Positions 48,860-58,569 of a stretch of DNA of 64,000 bases are shown one piece after another. The stretch's first letter is position 1, and each line of letters starts with the position of its first letter. The stretch is taken from the NCBI GenBank assembly GCA_038224325.1, contig JBBRFL010000012.1, positions 10,249-74,248 on the forward strand, given 5' to 3'. Below the pieces are notes generated by a model, which saw only the letters and a program-made list of their open reading frames with translations, ran no database searches and was not told where the DNA came from. A program made the translations under genes and the position numbers. The stretch comes from Thermoanaerobaculia bacterium. Lineage in GTDB: Bacteria > Acidobacteriota > Thermoanaerobaculia > UBA5066 > Gp7-AA6.

Positions 48860-51511
48860 ATGCCCGAGAAACCCGTCATCGCCGAGCCGGCCGAGGCCTC
48901 CGAAGGTCTGCCCAAGACCTTCGATCCGGCGCTCTTCGAAGCACGGTGGTACGAGACCTGGGAACGCGACGGACGCTTCCAGCCCGTCGGCCCGCCCGGA
49001 TCCCCGCGGTTTGTCATGGTGATCCCGCCGCCCAACGTGACCGGACGCCTTCACATCGGCCACGCCTACGGCCGCACGATCGAGGACATCCTGGCCCGCT
49101 GGATGCGGATGCGCGGCTACCGCGTGCTCTGGGTCCCCGGAACCGACCACGCCGGCATCGCGACGCAGATGGTCGTCGAGCGCGAGCTCCAAAAGGAGGG
49201 AACCGACCGCCGGGCCCTCGGCCGCGAGCGCTTCATCGAGCGCGTCTGGGAGTGGCGTCGCGCGTCCGGCGACACGATCCTGGGCCAGCTCCGAAAGCTC
49301 GGCTGCTCACTCGACTGGTCGAGGCTTCGATTCACCCTGGACCCGGCCCTCTCCCGAGCCGTCCGGCACGCGTTCGTGCAGCTCTACCGCGACGGCCTGA
49401 TATACCGGGGCCGCTACGTCGTGAACTGGTGCCCCGGATGCGGCACGGCCGTCTCCGACCTCGAGGTGATCGAGAAGACGACGGCGGGCAGCCTCTACAA
49501 GATCCTTTACGACGTGCCGGGAGTGCCGGAGGGCGCCGTCGTGGCGACCACCCGGCCCGAGACCATGCTGGGCGACACGGCTCTGGCGATCCACCCGGAG
49601 GATCCCCGGAACGCGCACCTGCGCGGGAAGCGGGCGATCCTGCCGATCGCAGGCCGCGAGTTGCCGGTGGTCGAGGATGCGATCCTCGTCGACCGGGATT
49701 TCGGCACGGGGATCGTCAAGGTGACCCCGGCCCACGACGCCAACGACTACGCAGTGGCGCAGAGGCACGACCTGCCGGCGGTCGTGGTGATCGGGCCGGA
49801 CGGAAAGATGACGGCGGCCGCGGGGGAGTACGCGGGGCTGGACCGATTCGAGGCTCGCAAGCGCATCGTCGAACGGCTCGAGAAGGAGGATCGGCTCGTC
49901 GCGGTCGAGCCGCACGAGATCGCGCTGGGGACCTGCCAGCGGTCGGACGACGTGATTGAGCCGTACCTGTCGGAGCAGTGGTTCGTGAAGGTGAAGCCGC
50001 TCGCAGAGCCGGCGATCGCTGCCGTGCGCGCGGGCGCCGTGCGGTTCGTGCCGGAGTCCTGGGCCAAGACGTACTTCTCCTGGATGGAGAACATCCGCGA
50101 CTGGTGCATATCGCGGCAGCTGTGGTGGGGGCACCGCATTCCCGCCTTCACCTGCGAGAACGGCCACGTCCTCGTGGAGGAGGAGGATCCTGTCGCGTGC
50201 GGGCAATGCGGCTCCGCCCGCCTCGTCCAGGATCCGGACGTGCTGGACACGTGGTTCTCCTCGCAGCTCTGGCCGTTCTCCGTGATGGGATGGCCGGAGC
50301 GGACGGCGGACCTGGCCGACTTCTATCCCACGGACGTTCTCGTGACCGGTTACGACATCCTCTTCTTCTGGGTCGCGCGGATGATCATGGCGGGCCTGCG
50401 CTTTACGGGCGAGCCGCCCTTCTCGACGGTGCACCTCCACGGCCTGGTGCGCGTAGGCGGCGAGAAGATGTCCAAGACCCGCGGCAACGTGATCGATCCC
50501 CTGGAGGCCATCGAGGAGTTCGGCGCCGACGCGGTGCGGTTCACGCTCGCCTCCGCCGCCTCCTCGGGACCGACGGTCTCCGTGGAGCGCGGCCGGATGG
50601 CGGGCTCTCGAAACTTCGCGACCAAGATCTGGAGCGCGGCGCGCTTCACGCTGGCCCAGCTCGAGGGAAAGGACACGCCCCCGTCTCCGCGCGGGCTCTC
50701 GCTCCGACTGCCGGATCGCTGGATCCTCTCGCGGCTCGACGCCGCGTCGGCGGAGATCCAACGCCACCTCGAGGGATTCCGGTTCGACGAGGCCGCCGCC
50801 GAGATCTACGGATTTCTCTGGCATGAGCTGTGCGACGGCTACCTGGAGATGGCCAAGCCGGTGCTTTCGGGGCCGGATCCCGATGCGGCCCGCGCCACCC
50901 GGAGCGTCCTGCGCAAGTGCCTGGCGGATTCTCTCGCGCTCCTCCATCCGTTCATGCCGTTCGTGACGGAGGAGCTGTGGGAGAAGCTGACGGGGAAACC
51001 CGGCACGCTCGTGGCGACTCCCTATCCCGAGTCGTCGGGGGAGTGGCGGGACCTACCGGCGGAGGCCTCCGTCGAGGCGCTGCGTGCGATCGTGACCCGC
51101 GTCCGGACCTTCCGCACCGAGCGCGGGGCGCCGCCCACATCGCCCGTGGCCCTCGCCATCGACCCCCGATCGCCGCCGCGGGCGGTCGTGGGCGACCTCG
51201 AGATCCTGTCGCCCATCCTGCGACACCTCGGACGGCTCTCGAGTCTGGCCTTCGAAACGCCCTCGTCCGGGGTCTTTCGGGACGTGGTCGCCGGAATCCA
51301 GCTGGGCCTGGCCCTTCCGGAGGGATCCGTTCCGGACCCGGAGGGCCGCACGGCGAAGGCGCTGGCCGAGGTGGACGCCGAGATCGCCCAGCTCTCCGCG
51401 AAGCTCCAGAACCCGGACTATCTCTCCAAGGCTCCCGCGCCCGTCGTCGAGAAGACGCGGATGCGGTTGCGTGAGCTCGAGACGAAGCGAGCCGCCCTGG
51501 GTTCGCAGTGA
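48860..51511 (+). CDS. valS: Valine--tRNA ligase
   Basis: PPPNVTGRLHIGH, DWCISRQLWWGH, KMSKT, C-terminal coiled coil KAPAPVV. Confidence 0.96.
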   Translation: MPEKPVIAEPAEASEGLPKTFDPALFEARWYETWERDGRFQPVGPPGSPRFVMVIPPPNVTGRLHIGHAYGRTIEDILARWMRMRGYRVLWVPGTDHAGIATQMVVERELQKEGTDRRALGRERFIERVWEWRRASGDTILGQLRKLGCSLDWSRLRFTLDPALSRAVRHAFVQLYRDGLIYRGRYVVNWCPGCGTAVSDLEVIEKTTAGSLYKILYDVPGVPEGAVVATTRPETMLGDTALAIHPEDPRNAHLRGKRAILPIAGRELPVVEDAILVDRDFGTGIVKVTPAHDANDYAVAQRHDLPAVVVIGPDGKMTAAAGEYAGLDRFEARKRIVERLEKEDRLVAVEPHEIALGTCQRSDDVIEPYLSEQWFVKVKPLAEPAIAAVRAGAVRFVPESWAKTYFSWMENIRDWCISRQLWWGHRIPAFTCENGHVLVEEEDPVACGQCGSARLVQDPDVLDTWFSSQLWPFSVMGWPERTADLADFYPTDVLVTGYDILFFWVARMIMAGLRFTGEPPFSTVHLHGLVRVGGEKMSKTRGNVIDPLEAIEEFGADAVRFTLASAASSGPTVSVERGRMAGSRNFATKIWSAARFTLAQLEGKDTPPSPRGLSLRLPDRWILSRLDAASAEIQRHLEGFRFDEAAAEIYGFLWHELCDGYLEMAKPVLSGPDPDAARATRSVLRKCLADSLALLHPFMPFVTEELWEKLTGKPGTLVATPYPESSGEWRDLPAEASVEALRAIVTRVRTFRTERGAPPTSPVALAIDPRSPPRAVVGDLEILSPILRHLGRLSSLAFETPSSGVFRDVVAGIQLGLALPEGSVPDPEGRTAKALAEVDAEIAQLSAKLQNPDYLSKAPAPVVEKTRMRLRELETKRAALGSQ

Positions 51512-52284
51512 TCGGTTTCGCGCAGGGCTGGATCGATCCGGACGCGTGGACCGCGATCGAGAACTGCGTCTGCATTCATCGCACGCCCTCCTCCAACCTG
51601 CTGGCCCGCGGCCTGATCGAGATGTATTTCGACGAGGGCCAGAATCTCGCGACGACCGTTCTGGTCGCCGAGAGCCAGCCCGGGGCCTACGGCCGCAACG
51701 GCCGCGCGTGGGCGGCTCCCGAGGGGAAGGGCCTCTACCTGACGGTGATCCGGCGTTCGATCGCGGGCGAGCCCCTCTCGCTCGTGCCGATCGCGTTCGG
51801 GCGCTGGGCCGCCGAGGTCCTCCGGGAGCAGACGGGCGCCGCGGTCGAGCTGAAGTGGCCCAACGACCTCTACGCGCGAAGTCGGAAGCTCGCGGGCGTG
51901 ATCGCGGAGTCCCGAACGCAGGGGGAAGACACGTATCTCGCCGCCGGGATCGGCATCAACGTGCGGGGTCCCGCGAGCGGTCTCGGTGTGCCCCACGCCA
52001 CCACCATCGAAGAGGAGACCGGCCGCGCGTTTCCGTTGCCGGCGCTCCTGCAGGCCCTGCTGGACCGCTTCGACCGAGAGCTCGCGGCCCCGAAGTGGGA
52101 GCGGGAGGCCTCCGCCTGGGAGCTGGCTTCCCTGCACCGGCCGGGCGACCGGCTGACGATCCGCCGCGCGGGTGGCGAGGAGGTCACGGGCGAGTATCTC
52201 GGGCTCGATCCCTCCGGTTTCCTGCGGCTCCGAACCGAGACCGGCGAGGCCGTCGTCGGAAGCGGCGAGGTCGCGCAGTGGTGA
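51508..52284 (+). CDS. birA: Biotin--protein ligase (class I, no HTH)
   Basis: Q...GRNGRAW, LKWPND, KLAGVIAE, GIGIN. Confidence 0.85.
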   Translation: MIGFAQGWIDPDAWTAIENCVCIHRTPSSNLLARGLIEMYFDEGQNLATTVLVAESQPGAYGRNGRAWAAPEGKGLYLTVIRRSIAGEPLSLVPIAFGRWAAEVLREQTGAAVELKWPNDLYARSRKLAGVIAESRTQGEDTYLAAGIGINVRGPASGLGVPHATTIEEETGRAFPLPALLQALLDRFDRELAAPKWEREASAWELASLHRPGDRLTIRRAGGEEVTGEYLGLDPSGFLRLRTETGEAVVGSGEVAQW

Positions 52285-53072
52285 GCGCGGCGGCCGACAC
52301 GCTGCTCGCGGTCGACGTGGGCAACACCAACACGGTCCTGGGACTCTGGCGCGGAACCGAGCTCGCGAGGCATTGGAGGCTCACGACGCGCCGCGATGCG
52401 ACAGCGGACGAGATCGCACTGTCGGTCCGCGGGCTGTTCGCCTCCGGCCCGGAGCCCGAGCCGCTGTCCACGATGCGCGTGATCGTCGCAAGCGTCGTGC
52501 CGTCACTGCGGTTTCCCATGCGCCAGGCGTTCCGGCAGATCGCGGATCGCGAGCCCGTCTTCGTGGAGCCGGGGATCAAGACCGGGATGCCGATCCTCTA
52601 CGAGGTGCCCCAGGAGGTCGGGGCCGACCGCATCGTCAACGCCGTCGCTGCGCACGCGCAAGTGGGCGGACCCTGCATCGTCGTGGACTTCGGAACCGCC
52701 ACGACGTTCGACGTGGTGACCGCGCGGGGCGAGTATGCCGGCGGGGTGATCGTGCCGGGGATCATGGTCTCCGCGGAGGCCCTCTTCGAGAAGGCCGCGA
52801 GGCTCTGGCGGGTCGAGATCCGGAAACCCGATCGCGTCGTTGGGAAAACCACGACGGGCTCGATTCAATCGGGCCTCTACTTCGGGTACCTGTCGCTCGT
52901 GGACGGGATGATCGACCGCATCGTGGCGGAGGTGGGGGGCAAGCCGCGAGTGATCGCGACGGGAGGCCTGGCGGAGCTCTTCGGCAGCGGGTCGGAGCGG
53001 ATCGAGGAGGTCGACCCCCTGCTTACGCTGAAGGGCCTGCGGCTGATCGATGAGCGAAACCGCGGAGGATAG
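52281..53072 (+). CDS. coaX: Type III pantothenate kinase
   Basis: VDVGNTN, ASVVP, VGADR, VDFGTATT, ATGG. Confidence 0.94.
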   Translation: MSAAADTLLAVDVGNTNTVLGLWRGTELARHWRLTTRRDATADEIALSVRGLFASGPEPEPLSTMRVIVASVVPSLRFPMRQAFRQIADREPVFVEPGIKTGMPILYEVPQEVGADRIVNAVAAHAQVGGPCIVVDFGTATTFDVVTARGEYAGGVIVPGIMVSAEALFEKAARLWRVEIRKPDRVVGKTTTGSIQSGLYFGYLSLVDGMIDRIVAEVGGKPRVIATGGLAELFGSGSERIEEVDPLLTLKGLRLIDERNRGG

Positions 53073-53712
53073 GGAGTTCTACGCCGCCGCCGAGGCAGCC
53101 TTCATCCGGAGGCGCGGCACCCCGTTTTTGCTCTCGCCGACGGACTTCGCCCTCCTGAAGCAGTGGCGCGCACTGGGCGTCCCGCTCGAGGCCGTGGAGG
53201 CGGGGATCGACGATGCGTTCACGCGGCGCGAGGAGCGATCGGCGATCGGCCGCGTCAACTCGCTCGCGTACTGCCGCGACGCCGTCCTCTCGGCCTGGGA
53301 GCGGCGCGCGGAGACCGATCGCGGCAAGGGCTCGAGGACGCGCGGGGCCGAGCCGGATCCGGGCCCCGCGCTGGCGGAGCTGATCCGCCGGCTGGAGGAG
53401 GTGCGGAGCGCGCGCCCTGAGCTGGACGGACCCCTGGTGTCCGCCCTGCGGTCCCTGGCCCGCCTCGACCCGTCCCGCAAGAAACCCGAGGAGATCGAGT
53501 CTTCGCTGGCGCGCCTCGATAAGCGCCTCGCCGGCGAATTGTACGCAGCGTTCCCTGACGAGGAGCGGGACGCCCTCGACCGCCATGTGGCGAAGCTCCT
53601 GGCGGGCGCCGGGGATCGGATGGACGCCGCGACCGCGGAGCGCACGAAGCGCGCGCTTTCGCGCCGAGCCGTCCGGGAACGGCTGGAACTGCCGCGACTC
53701 TCCCTCCTGTGA
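53050..53712 (+). CDS. Hypothetical helical protein (possible DnaD/DnaB_2-like N-terminal domain)
   Basis: Tightly overlaps both neighbours; LSPTDFALLKQW...SLAYCRDAVLSAW. Confidence 0.65.
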   Translation: MSETAEDREFYAAAEAAFIRRRGTPFLLSPTDFALLKQWRALGVPLEAVEAGIDDAFTRREERSAIGRVNSLAYCRDAVLSAWERRAETDRGKGSRTRGAEPDPGPALAELIRRLEEVRSARPELDGPLVSALRSLARLDPSRKKPEEIESSLARLDKRLAGELYAAFPDEERDALDRHVAKLLAGAGDRMDAATAERTKRALSRRAVRERLELPRLSLL

Positions 53713-55028
53713 GGATCCGCTCCGCGCCGGAGACCGAGGCGGGCGACCGGGCCGAGGGTCCGACGCGTCGCGTGCGAATCGAGAAGCTGGCGCCGACGGG
53801 GGAGGGCATCGCCCGAACACCCGAGGGCGTGGGCTTCATCGACCGGGCTCTCCCGGGGGAGCTCGTCGAGACAAGTATCTACGAGAGGCGCCGGCGGTTC
53901 TGGCGGGGAAGCCTGCGGGGGATTCTGGAGCGCTCTCCCGACCGTCGGGAGTCCGTTCACGCCTCCTGCGCGGGATGCGACTGGGCCCACTTCGACGAGG
54001 CGGCCGCCCGCGGCGCCAAGAGGGAGCTCTTCCTGGAGACGATGCAGCGGATCGGTAAGCTCGACCCCGCTCTCTTCCGAGAGGCGTCCGTGGCGACGTC
54101 GGAGGCGGGATACCGGATTCGAACGCGCCTCCACGCGGCGGGCCGCGGGGCCGAGGCACGGATCGGATATTTCGCGCCGGGCTCGCATCGCGTCGTCGAG
54201 GCCGGGGTCTGCGAGGCCCTCTCGCGGCGGACGCGGGACCTGCTGCCGGCCGTTCGCGACGCGATCGCCGCCGTCCCGGGCGGCGCCTCCGAGGTCGCGG
54301 TGCTGGAGGATCTCGCGGGTGCCCGCCGGCTGATTCGCGTGACGGTGAGCGCGACGCCGAACGCGGCGGAGGCCGAGGCGCTCGGCCGCCGCCTCTCCGC
54401 GCGCTTCGAGGGCGTTCGAATTCGATCGACGGAGGGCCCGGTCCTGCGGGAGGGCGGGTGGCGCCGGCTGACGATGGAGGTCGGCGGCTCGCGCCATCGC
54501 GTCTCGGTCGATTCGTTCTTTCAGGGAAATCGCTCCCTCGTGCATGCGCTCGCCGAGGACGTGCGGCGCGACGCCGCGCTCGTGCCCCCGGGGGAGGCGC
54601 TCGACGCGTTCGGCGGCGTCGGCCTGTTCGCCGGCGCGCTGCTGTCCGGAGGGCACAGGGTCACCTCGGTCGAGAGCGACCCGGACGTCGCCGCCGACGC
54701 GCGGGCGACCCGGGAGGACTGGGACGGGCGCGACCGATGGGCTATCGAGGAGGCCTCGATCGGCAATTTCCTCCGGGCGAGGGAGTCGCGCTTCGACGTC
54801 GTCGTCGTGGATCCGCCGCGCGCGGGACTCGGGGCGGAACTCGCCGTCGAGCTCGCGAAACGCTCTCGCCGGCTCTTCGTCTACGTGTCGTGCGATCCCG
54901 CGACGCTCGCCCGCGACCTCCCCGCGATCCGGGACGCGGGATTCGAAATCCGCCGCTCCCGGCTCTACGACCTCTTCGCCTTCACGCACCGGGTCGAGGC
55001 GGTCGTCGCGCTCGAGCGGACCGCTTGA
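53709..55028 (+). CDS. TRAM-domain RNA m5U methyltransferase (RlmD/TrmA family)
   Basis: ALPGE, CAGC, YRIR, SFFQGN, LDAFGGVG, DPPRAG, YVSCDPATLARD. Confidence 0.88.
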   Translation: MRIRSAPETEAGDRAEGPTRRVRIEKLAPTGEGIARTPEGVGFIDRALPGELVETSIYERRRRFWRGSLRGILERSPDRRESVHASCAGCDWAHFDEAAARGAKRELFLETMQRIGKLDPALFREASVATSEAGYRIRTRLHAAGRGAEARIGYFAPGSHRVVEAGVCEALSRRTRDLLPAVRDAIAAVPGGASEVAVLEDLAGARRLIRVTVSATPNAAEAEALGRRLSARFEGVRIRSTEGPVLREGGWRRLTMEVGGSRHRVSVDSFFQGNRSLVHALAEDVRRDAALVPPGEALDAFGGVGLFAGALLSGGHRVTSVESDPDVAADARATREDWDGRDRWAIEEASIGNFLRARESRFDVVVVDPPRAGLGAELAVELAKRSRRLFVYVSCDPATLARDLPAIRDAGFEIRRSRLYDLFAFTHRVEAVVALERTA

Positions 55029-57400
55029 TCCGGCCGGTCCTCGACGCGGGCGAGTCGCCTGCCGCGCCCGCGGCGATGTGGCTCGTGACGGGGATCTATC
55101 TCGGCGCCTGGTCCGTGAGGGGCCTCCCGGCGGCGATCGCGCTGGTCGTCCTCTCCGCAGCGTGGATGGCGCTCCGAGCGCGCCGCCGCGGGTGCGGACG
55201 GGTTCCGGCGCTGGCATTCGCGGCGTTCTGGCTCGGCGCGGGCTTCACGTCGGGGCGCGCGCGGATCGCGATGCCAGCGGAGCAGGCGCGCCGAACGTTC
55301 GTTCACGCGGTCTCGGGCGGGCCCGCAGCGGATGTGGTCGAGGGTGTGCTCGCGGATTTCTGGAGCGGGACGCCTCCCCGCGCCCGTACGATTCTGCGTG
55401 CCGAGCGGCTCCGGGTCGGGGGGAGCGAGTTGCCGTTCCGCGCGGAGGTGGTGGTGTTCCTGTCGGGAGAGTCGCCGGCCCTTCCCGTCGCGGATCGGGG
55501 AGATCGCGTGCGGCTGACCGGGCGGCTCGAGCCCGAGGACCTGTCCGCATCCGAGCGGGACATTCCCCTCCCCTGGCCCCGGTATCGGATGTCTGTGAAG
55601 AGCGCGTTCCTCATCGACCGTCTGGGTTCGACCCCGCTTTCCTTCGCGACACTCCCGAACCGCGCGCTGTTTCGCGCGCTCTCCCGGCCGCGGGGATCGG
55701 GCGAGGATTTCGAGCGCGACGTGCGCGGCCCGCTGGCCGCACTGCTCCTGGGGCGGACGGCGGAGCTCGATCGTGGAATGGTTGCTCGATTTCGCCGCGG
55801 CGGGCAATATCACCTCCTGGTCGTCTCCGGGCTCCACGTGGTGCTCGCCGCGGGACTGGCGGCGCTCGCCCTCGCGATCCTGCGGATCGAGGGAAAGCGG
55901 CGCGACGTCGCCATGCTCCTCGCCGTCCTTCTCTTCGTGCTCGTCGGCGGCGTGAACCCTCCCGCGGTGCGCGCGGGCCTAGTGGTCGGGATTCTGCTGA
56001 CGACTCGCCTGCTCGAGCGCCCGATCCCGGGGGCGCAGGCGATCGGACTCTCGGCCGGCATCCTGTTTCTCGGCGCGCCGGATCAGGTGTTCTCGATCGG
56101 CTCGGTTCTGACCTTCGCAGCCGTGTGCGGGATCGCCCTGCTCGCGCGCCCGATCGCCTCCGCGCTGCCGTCACGACCGCGCTGGCTCATGGGAAGCCTC
56201 GCGGTCGCGTTGGCGGCGGAGTGCGCCACCGCGCCGGCGCTGCTCTGGAGGTTCAACATCGTCGCCGCGGGGGCCTGGCTGAGCGCCCCGTTCTCGATCC
56301 CACTTTCGGCCGCGCTGATCGCGGGCGGCGCCTTGCTGCTCGCCGCCTACTCCCTGGGATTGCCCGGCGCGCTCCTGGAATCGCTCTTCGGGTCCGGCGT
56401 GCGGGCGCTCGAGTGGATGGCGGAGCGGGCAGCCGGGATGGCGTTTCTTCGTCCGACGCCCCCGCTCCCCGGCGTGATCCTGGTGGGCGCGCTCCTCGCC
56501 GCCGGCGCTCTCTCCCGCGGTCCTCTTCGCACGGCGGGGTTCGCCACGGCGGCCGCCCTGTTCCTCGCCCTCGCGCTCCGCGCCGGAGCGCCGGGCCCCC
56601 GGGAGGGGTTTTCGATCGAGGCCCTCGACGTGGGCCAGGGCGACGCGGTCCTCCTGCGATGGAAGAGGCGCGCGATGCTCGTCGACGGGGGCGGGCCCTT
56701 CGACCCCGGCTCGACGGACTTCGGGCGCACGCGGCTCCTCCCCAAGCTGCTCGACCGCGGCGTCACGCGCCTCGACGTCGTTCTGCTGACCCACCCGCAT
56801 CCGGACCACGCTCTCGGACTCTTCGCGGCGATCGAGGAGCTTCCCGTGGACCTCCTCGCCCGCTCGACCGGCGAGGACGAGGGAGGACTGTACGCGCGTC
56901 TCGAGGCGCTCGCGGCCCGGCGCGGAGTTCCCGTCCGGCCGCTTCTCGACGGCGACTGCCTCGACCTCGACGGAGCACGAGTCTCCGTCCTCCACTCGGG
57001 CGGGCGGAGGCGGAAGACGGACGCGGTGAACAACCAGTCCGTGGTGGCCCTCTTCGAGCGAGGGGGGCGGGCCGCGCTCCTGACGGGCGACGCGGGAGCT
57101 CCGACGGAGGCCGACCTGGTGGCGACCGGCGGCTCGCTGACGCCGATCGACGTCCTGAAGGTCGGGCACCACGGGAGCCGCACGTCGACGTCGGCCGCGT
57201 TCGTCGCGGCGCTGCGGCCCCGCGTCGCGCTCCTCTCCTGCGGGAGGCGCAACCGCTTCGGCCACCCCGCGCCCGAGACCCTCGCGACCCTGGCGCGCTT
57301 CTGCGTCCCGGTGCTCCGCACGGATCTCCGGTCCGACTGCCGGATCGACCTCGAGCCGGGCCGCACACTCCTCGCCTGGCGCGGTAACCTCGCGCCATGA
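55025..57400 (+). CDS. comEC: ComEC/Rec2 DNA uptake channel
   Basis: HLLVVSGLHV, many TM helices, DVGQGD, LTHPHPDH, LTGD, KVGHHGS, NRFGHP. TTG start inferred from the TTGA overlap. Confidence 0.9.
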   Translation: MIRPVLDAGESPAAPAAMWLVTGIYLGAWSVRGLPAAIALVVLSAAWMALRARRRGCGRVPALAFAAFWLGAGFTSGRARIAMPAEQARRTFVHAVSGGPAADVVEGVLADFWSGTPPRARTILRAERLRVGGSELPFRAEVVVFLSGESPALPVADRGDRVRLTGRLEPEDLSASERDIPLPWPRYRMSVKSAFLIDRLGSTPLSFATLPNRALFRALSRPRGSGEDFERDVRGPLAALLLGRTAELDRGMVARFRRGGQYHLLVVSGLHVVLAAGLAALALAILRIEGKRRDVAMLLAVLLFVLVGGVNPPAVRAGLVVGILLTTRLLERPIPGAQAIGLSAGILFLGAPDQVFSIGSVLTFAAVCGIALLARPIASALPSRPRWLMGSLAVALAAECATAPALLWRFNIVAAGAWLSAPFSIPLSAALIAGGALLLAAYSLGLPGALLESLFGSGVRALEWMAERAAGMAFLRPTPPLPGVILVGALLAAGALSRGPLRTAGFATAAALFLALALRAGAPGPREGFSIEALDVGQGDAVLLRWKRRAMLVDGGGPFDPGSTDFGRTRLLPKLLDRGVTRLDVVLLTHPHPDHALGLFAAIEELPVDLLARSTGEDEGGLYARLEALAARRGVPVRPLLDGDCLDLDGARVSVLHSGGRRRKTDAVNNQSVVALFERGGRAALLTGDAGAPTEADLVATGGSLTPIDVLKVGHHGSRTSTSAAFVAALRPRVALLSCGRRNRFGHPAPETLATLARFCVPVLRTDLRSDCRIDLEPGRTLLAWRGNLAP

Positions 57401-58335
57401 CGCCGGACGGGCGCCCGGCGCTCCTCGTCGTGGTGGGCCCCACGGGCTCGGGCAAGTCCGACGTTGCGCACGAGGTCGCGCTCGCGAGGCGCGGCGAGGT
57501 CGTTTCCGCCGACGCGTTTGCCGTGTACCGCGGGATGGACGTCGGGACCGCCAAGCCGACTGAGACGCGCATGCGGGAGGTGCGGTACCACCTGGTGGAC
57601 GTGGCGGAACCGGAGGAGCCGTTTTCGGCCGGGCGTTTCGCCGCGGAGGCCCGGCAGGCCATCGAGGAAATTTGTGAGCGCGGCTCGTTGCCGATCGTCT
57701 GCGGTGGCAGCGGCTTCTACCTGGCGGCGTTGCTCGACGGCCTTCCGCCCGGCTCACTGCGCGACGATCCGATCCGCTCGGCGCTCGCCGGTTGGGCCGG
57801 CCGGGTAGGCGGCGCGACGGCGCATCGGATGCTCGCCCTGAACGATCCCGCCTCTGCCTCCCGGATTCCGGAGGAAAACCTCAAGTACACGCTGAGGGCC
57901 CTCGAGATTCTCCTCCTGACGGGCGCCCCCCCGTCCCGGCGAGTCCTGGCATCCGACGGATGGTCGCGCCGGTTTCGCGTGATCTCGCTCGGGCTGCGCC
58001 CGGAGGCGACGCAACTTAGTGTTAGGATTGAAGATCGAGTTCGTTGGATGATGAGCTCGGGTTGGGATATCGAGGTTCGGCGTCTCCTCGATCGCGGGCT
58101 TTCGTCGGACTCAAATTCCTTTCAAGCGATCGGGTATCAGGAGGTGGCGGAGTGGATCCTCGGACGGATCTCGAAGGCGGAGGCGGAGGCGCGGATCGTG
58201 AGCGCGACGCGAGCGCTGGCAAAGCGGCAGAAGACCTGGCTCTCCCGCGACCGCCAAATTCACTGGGTGGCCCCCGGCCAGGCCAGCGCAGCGGCTTTCG
58301 CGCTTCTGGGCGAGCCGGAGGGCATGGAGAAGTGA
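57397..58335 (+). CDS. miaA: tRNA dimethylallyltransferase
   Basis: GPTGSGKS, YRGMDVGTAKP, GGSGFY, RALE, QAIGY, AKRQKTW. Confidence 0.93.
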   Translation: MTPDGRPALLVVVGPTGSGKSDVAHEVALARRGEVVSADAFAVYRGMDVGTAKPTETRMREVRYHLVDVAEPEEPFSAGRFAAEARQAIEEICERGSLPIVCGGSGFYLAALLDGLPPGSLRDDPIRSALAGWAGRVGGATAHRMLALNDPASASRIPEENLKYTLRALEILLLTGAPPSRRVLASDGWSRRFRVISLGLRPEATQLSVRIEDRVRWMMSSGWDIEVRRLLDRGLSSDSNSFQAIGYQEVAEWILGRISKAEAEARIVSATRALAKRQKTWLSRDRQIHWVAPGQASAAAFALLGEPEGMEK

Positions 58336-58556
58336 TGAACAAGGCGCCCATCAACGTGCAGGACTCCTTCTTCTACAACCTGCGCAAGGACAACGTCCCC
58401 GTCACCGTGAGGCTGACGTCCGGGGAGGAGCGCCTGGGACGGCTCAGGCGATTCGACAAATTCGCCCTCGTGCTGGAAGTCGACGGCCGCGAGGAGATGA
58501 TCTACAAGCACGCCATCGCGTCGATCCGGCCGGAGAGCCTGCCTTCCAGCACGTGA
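58335..58556 (+). CDS. hfq: RNA chaperone Hfq
   Basis: NVQDSFF.NLRK, FDKF, IYKHAI; canonical miaA-hfq order. Confidence 0.93.
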   Translation: MNKAPINVQDSFFYNLRKDNVPVTVRLTSGEERLGRLRRFDKFALVLEVDGREEMIYKHAIASIRPESLPSST

Positions 58557-58569
58557 TCCGAGGGGGTCG

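Noticed and set aside
54544-57387. Long shadow or antisense ORFs (also 20734..22908, 53079..55217, 49307..50947)
   Set aside because: They have no family motifs and fully overlap well-supported genes.
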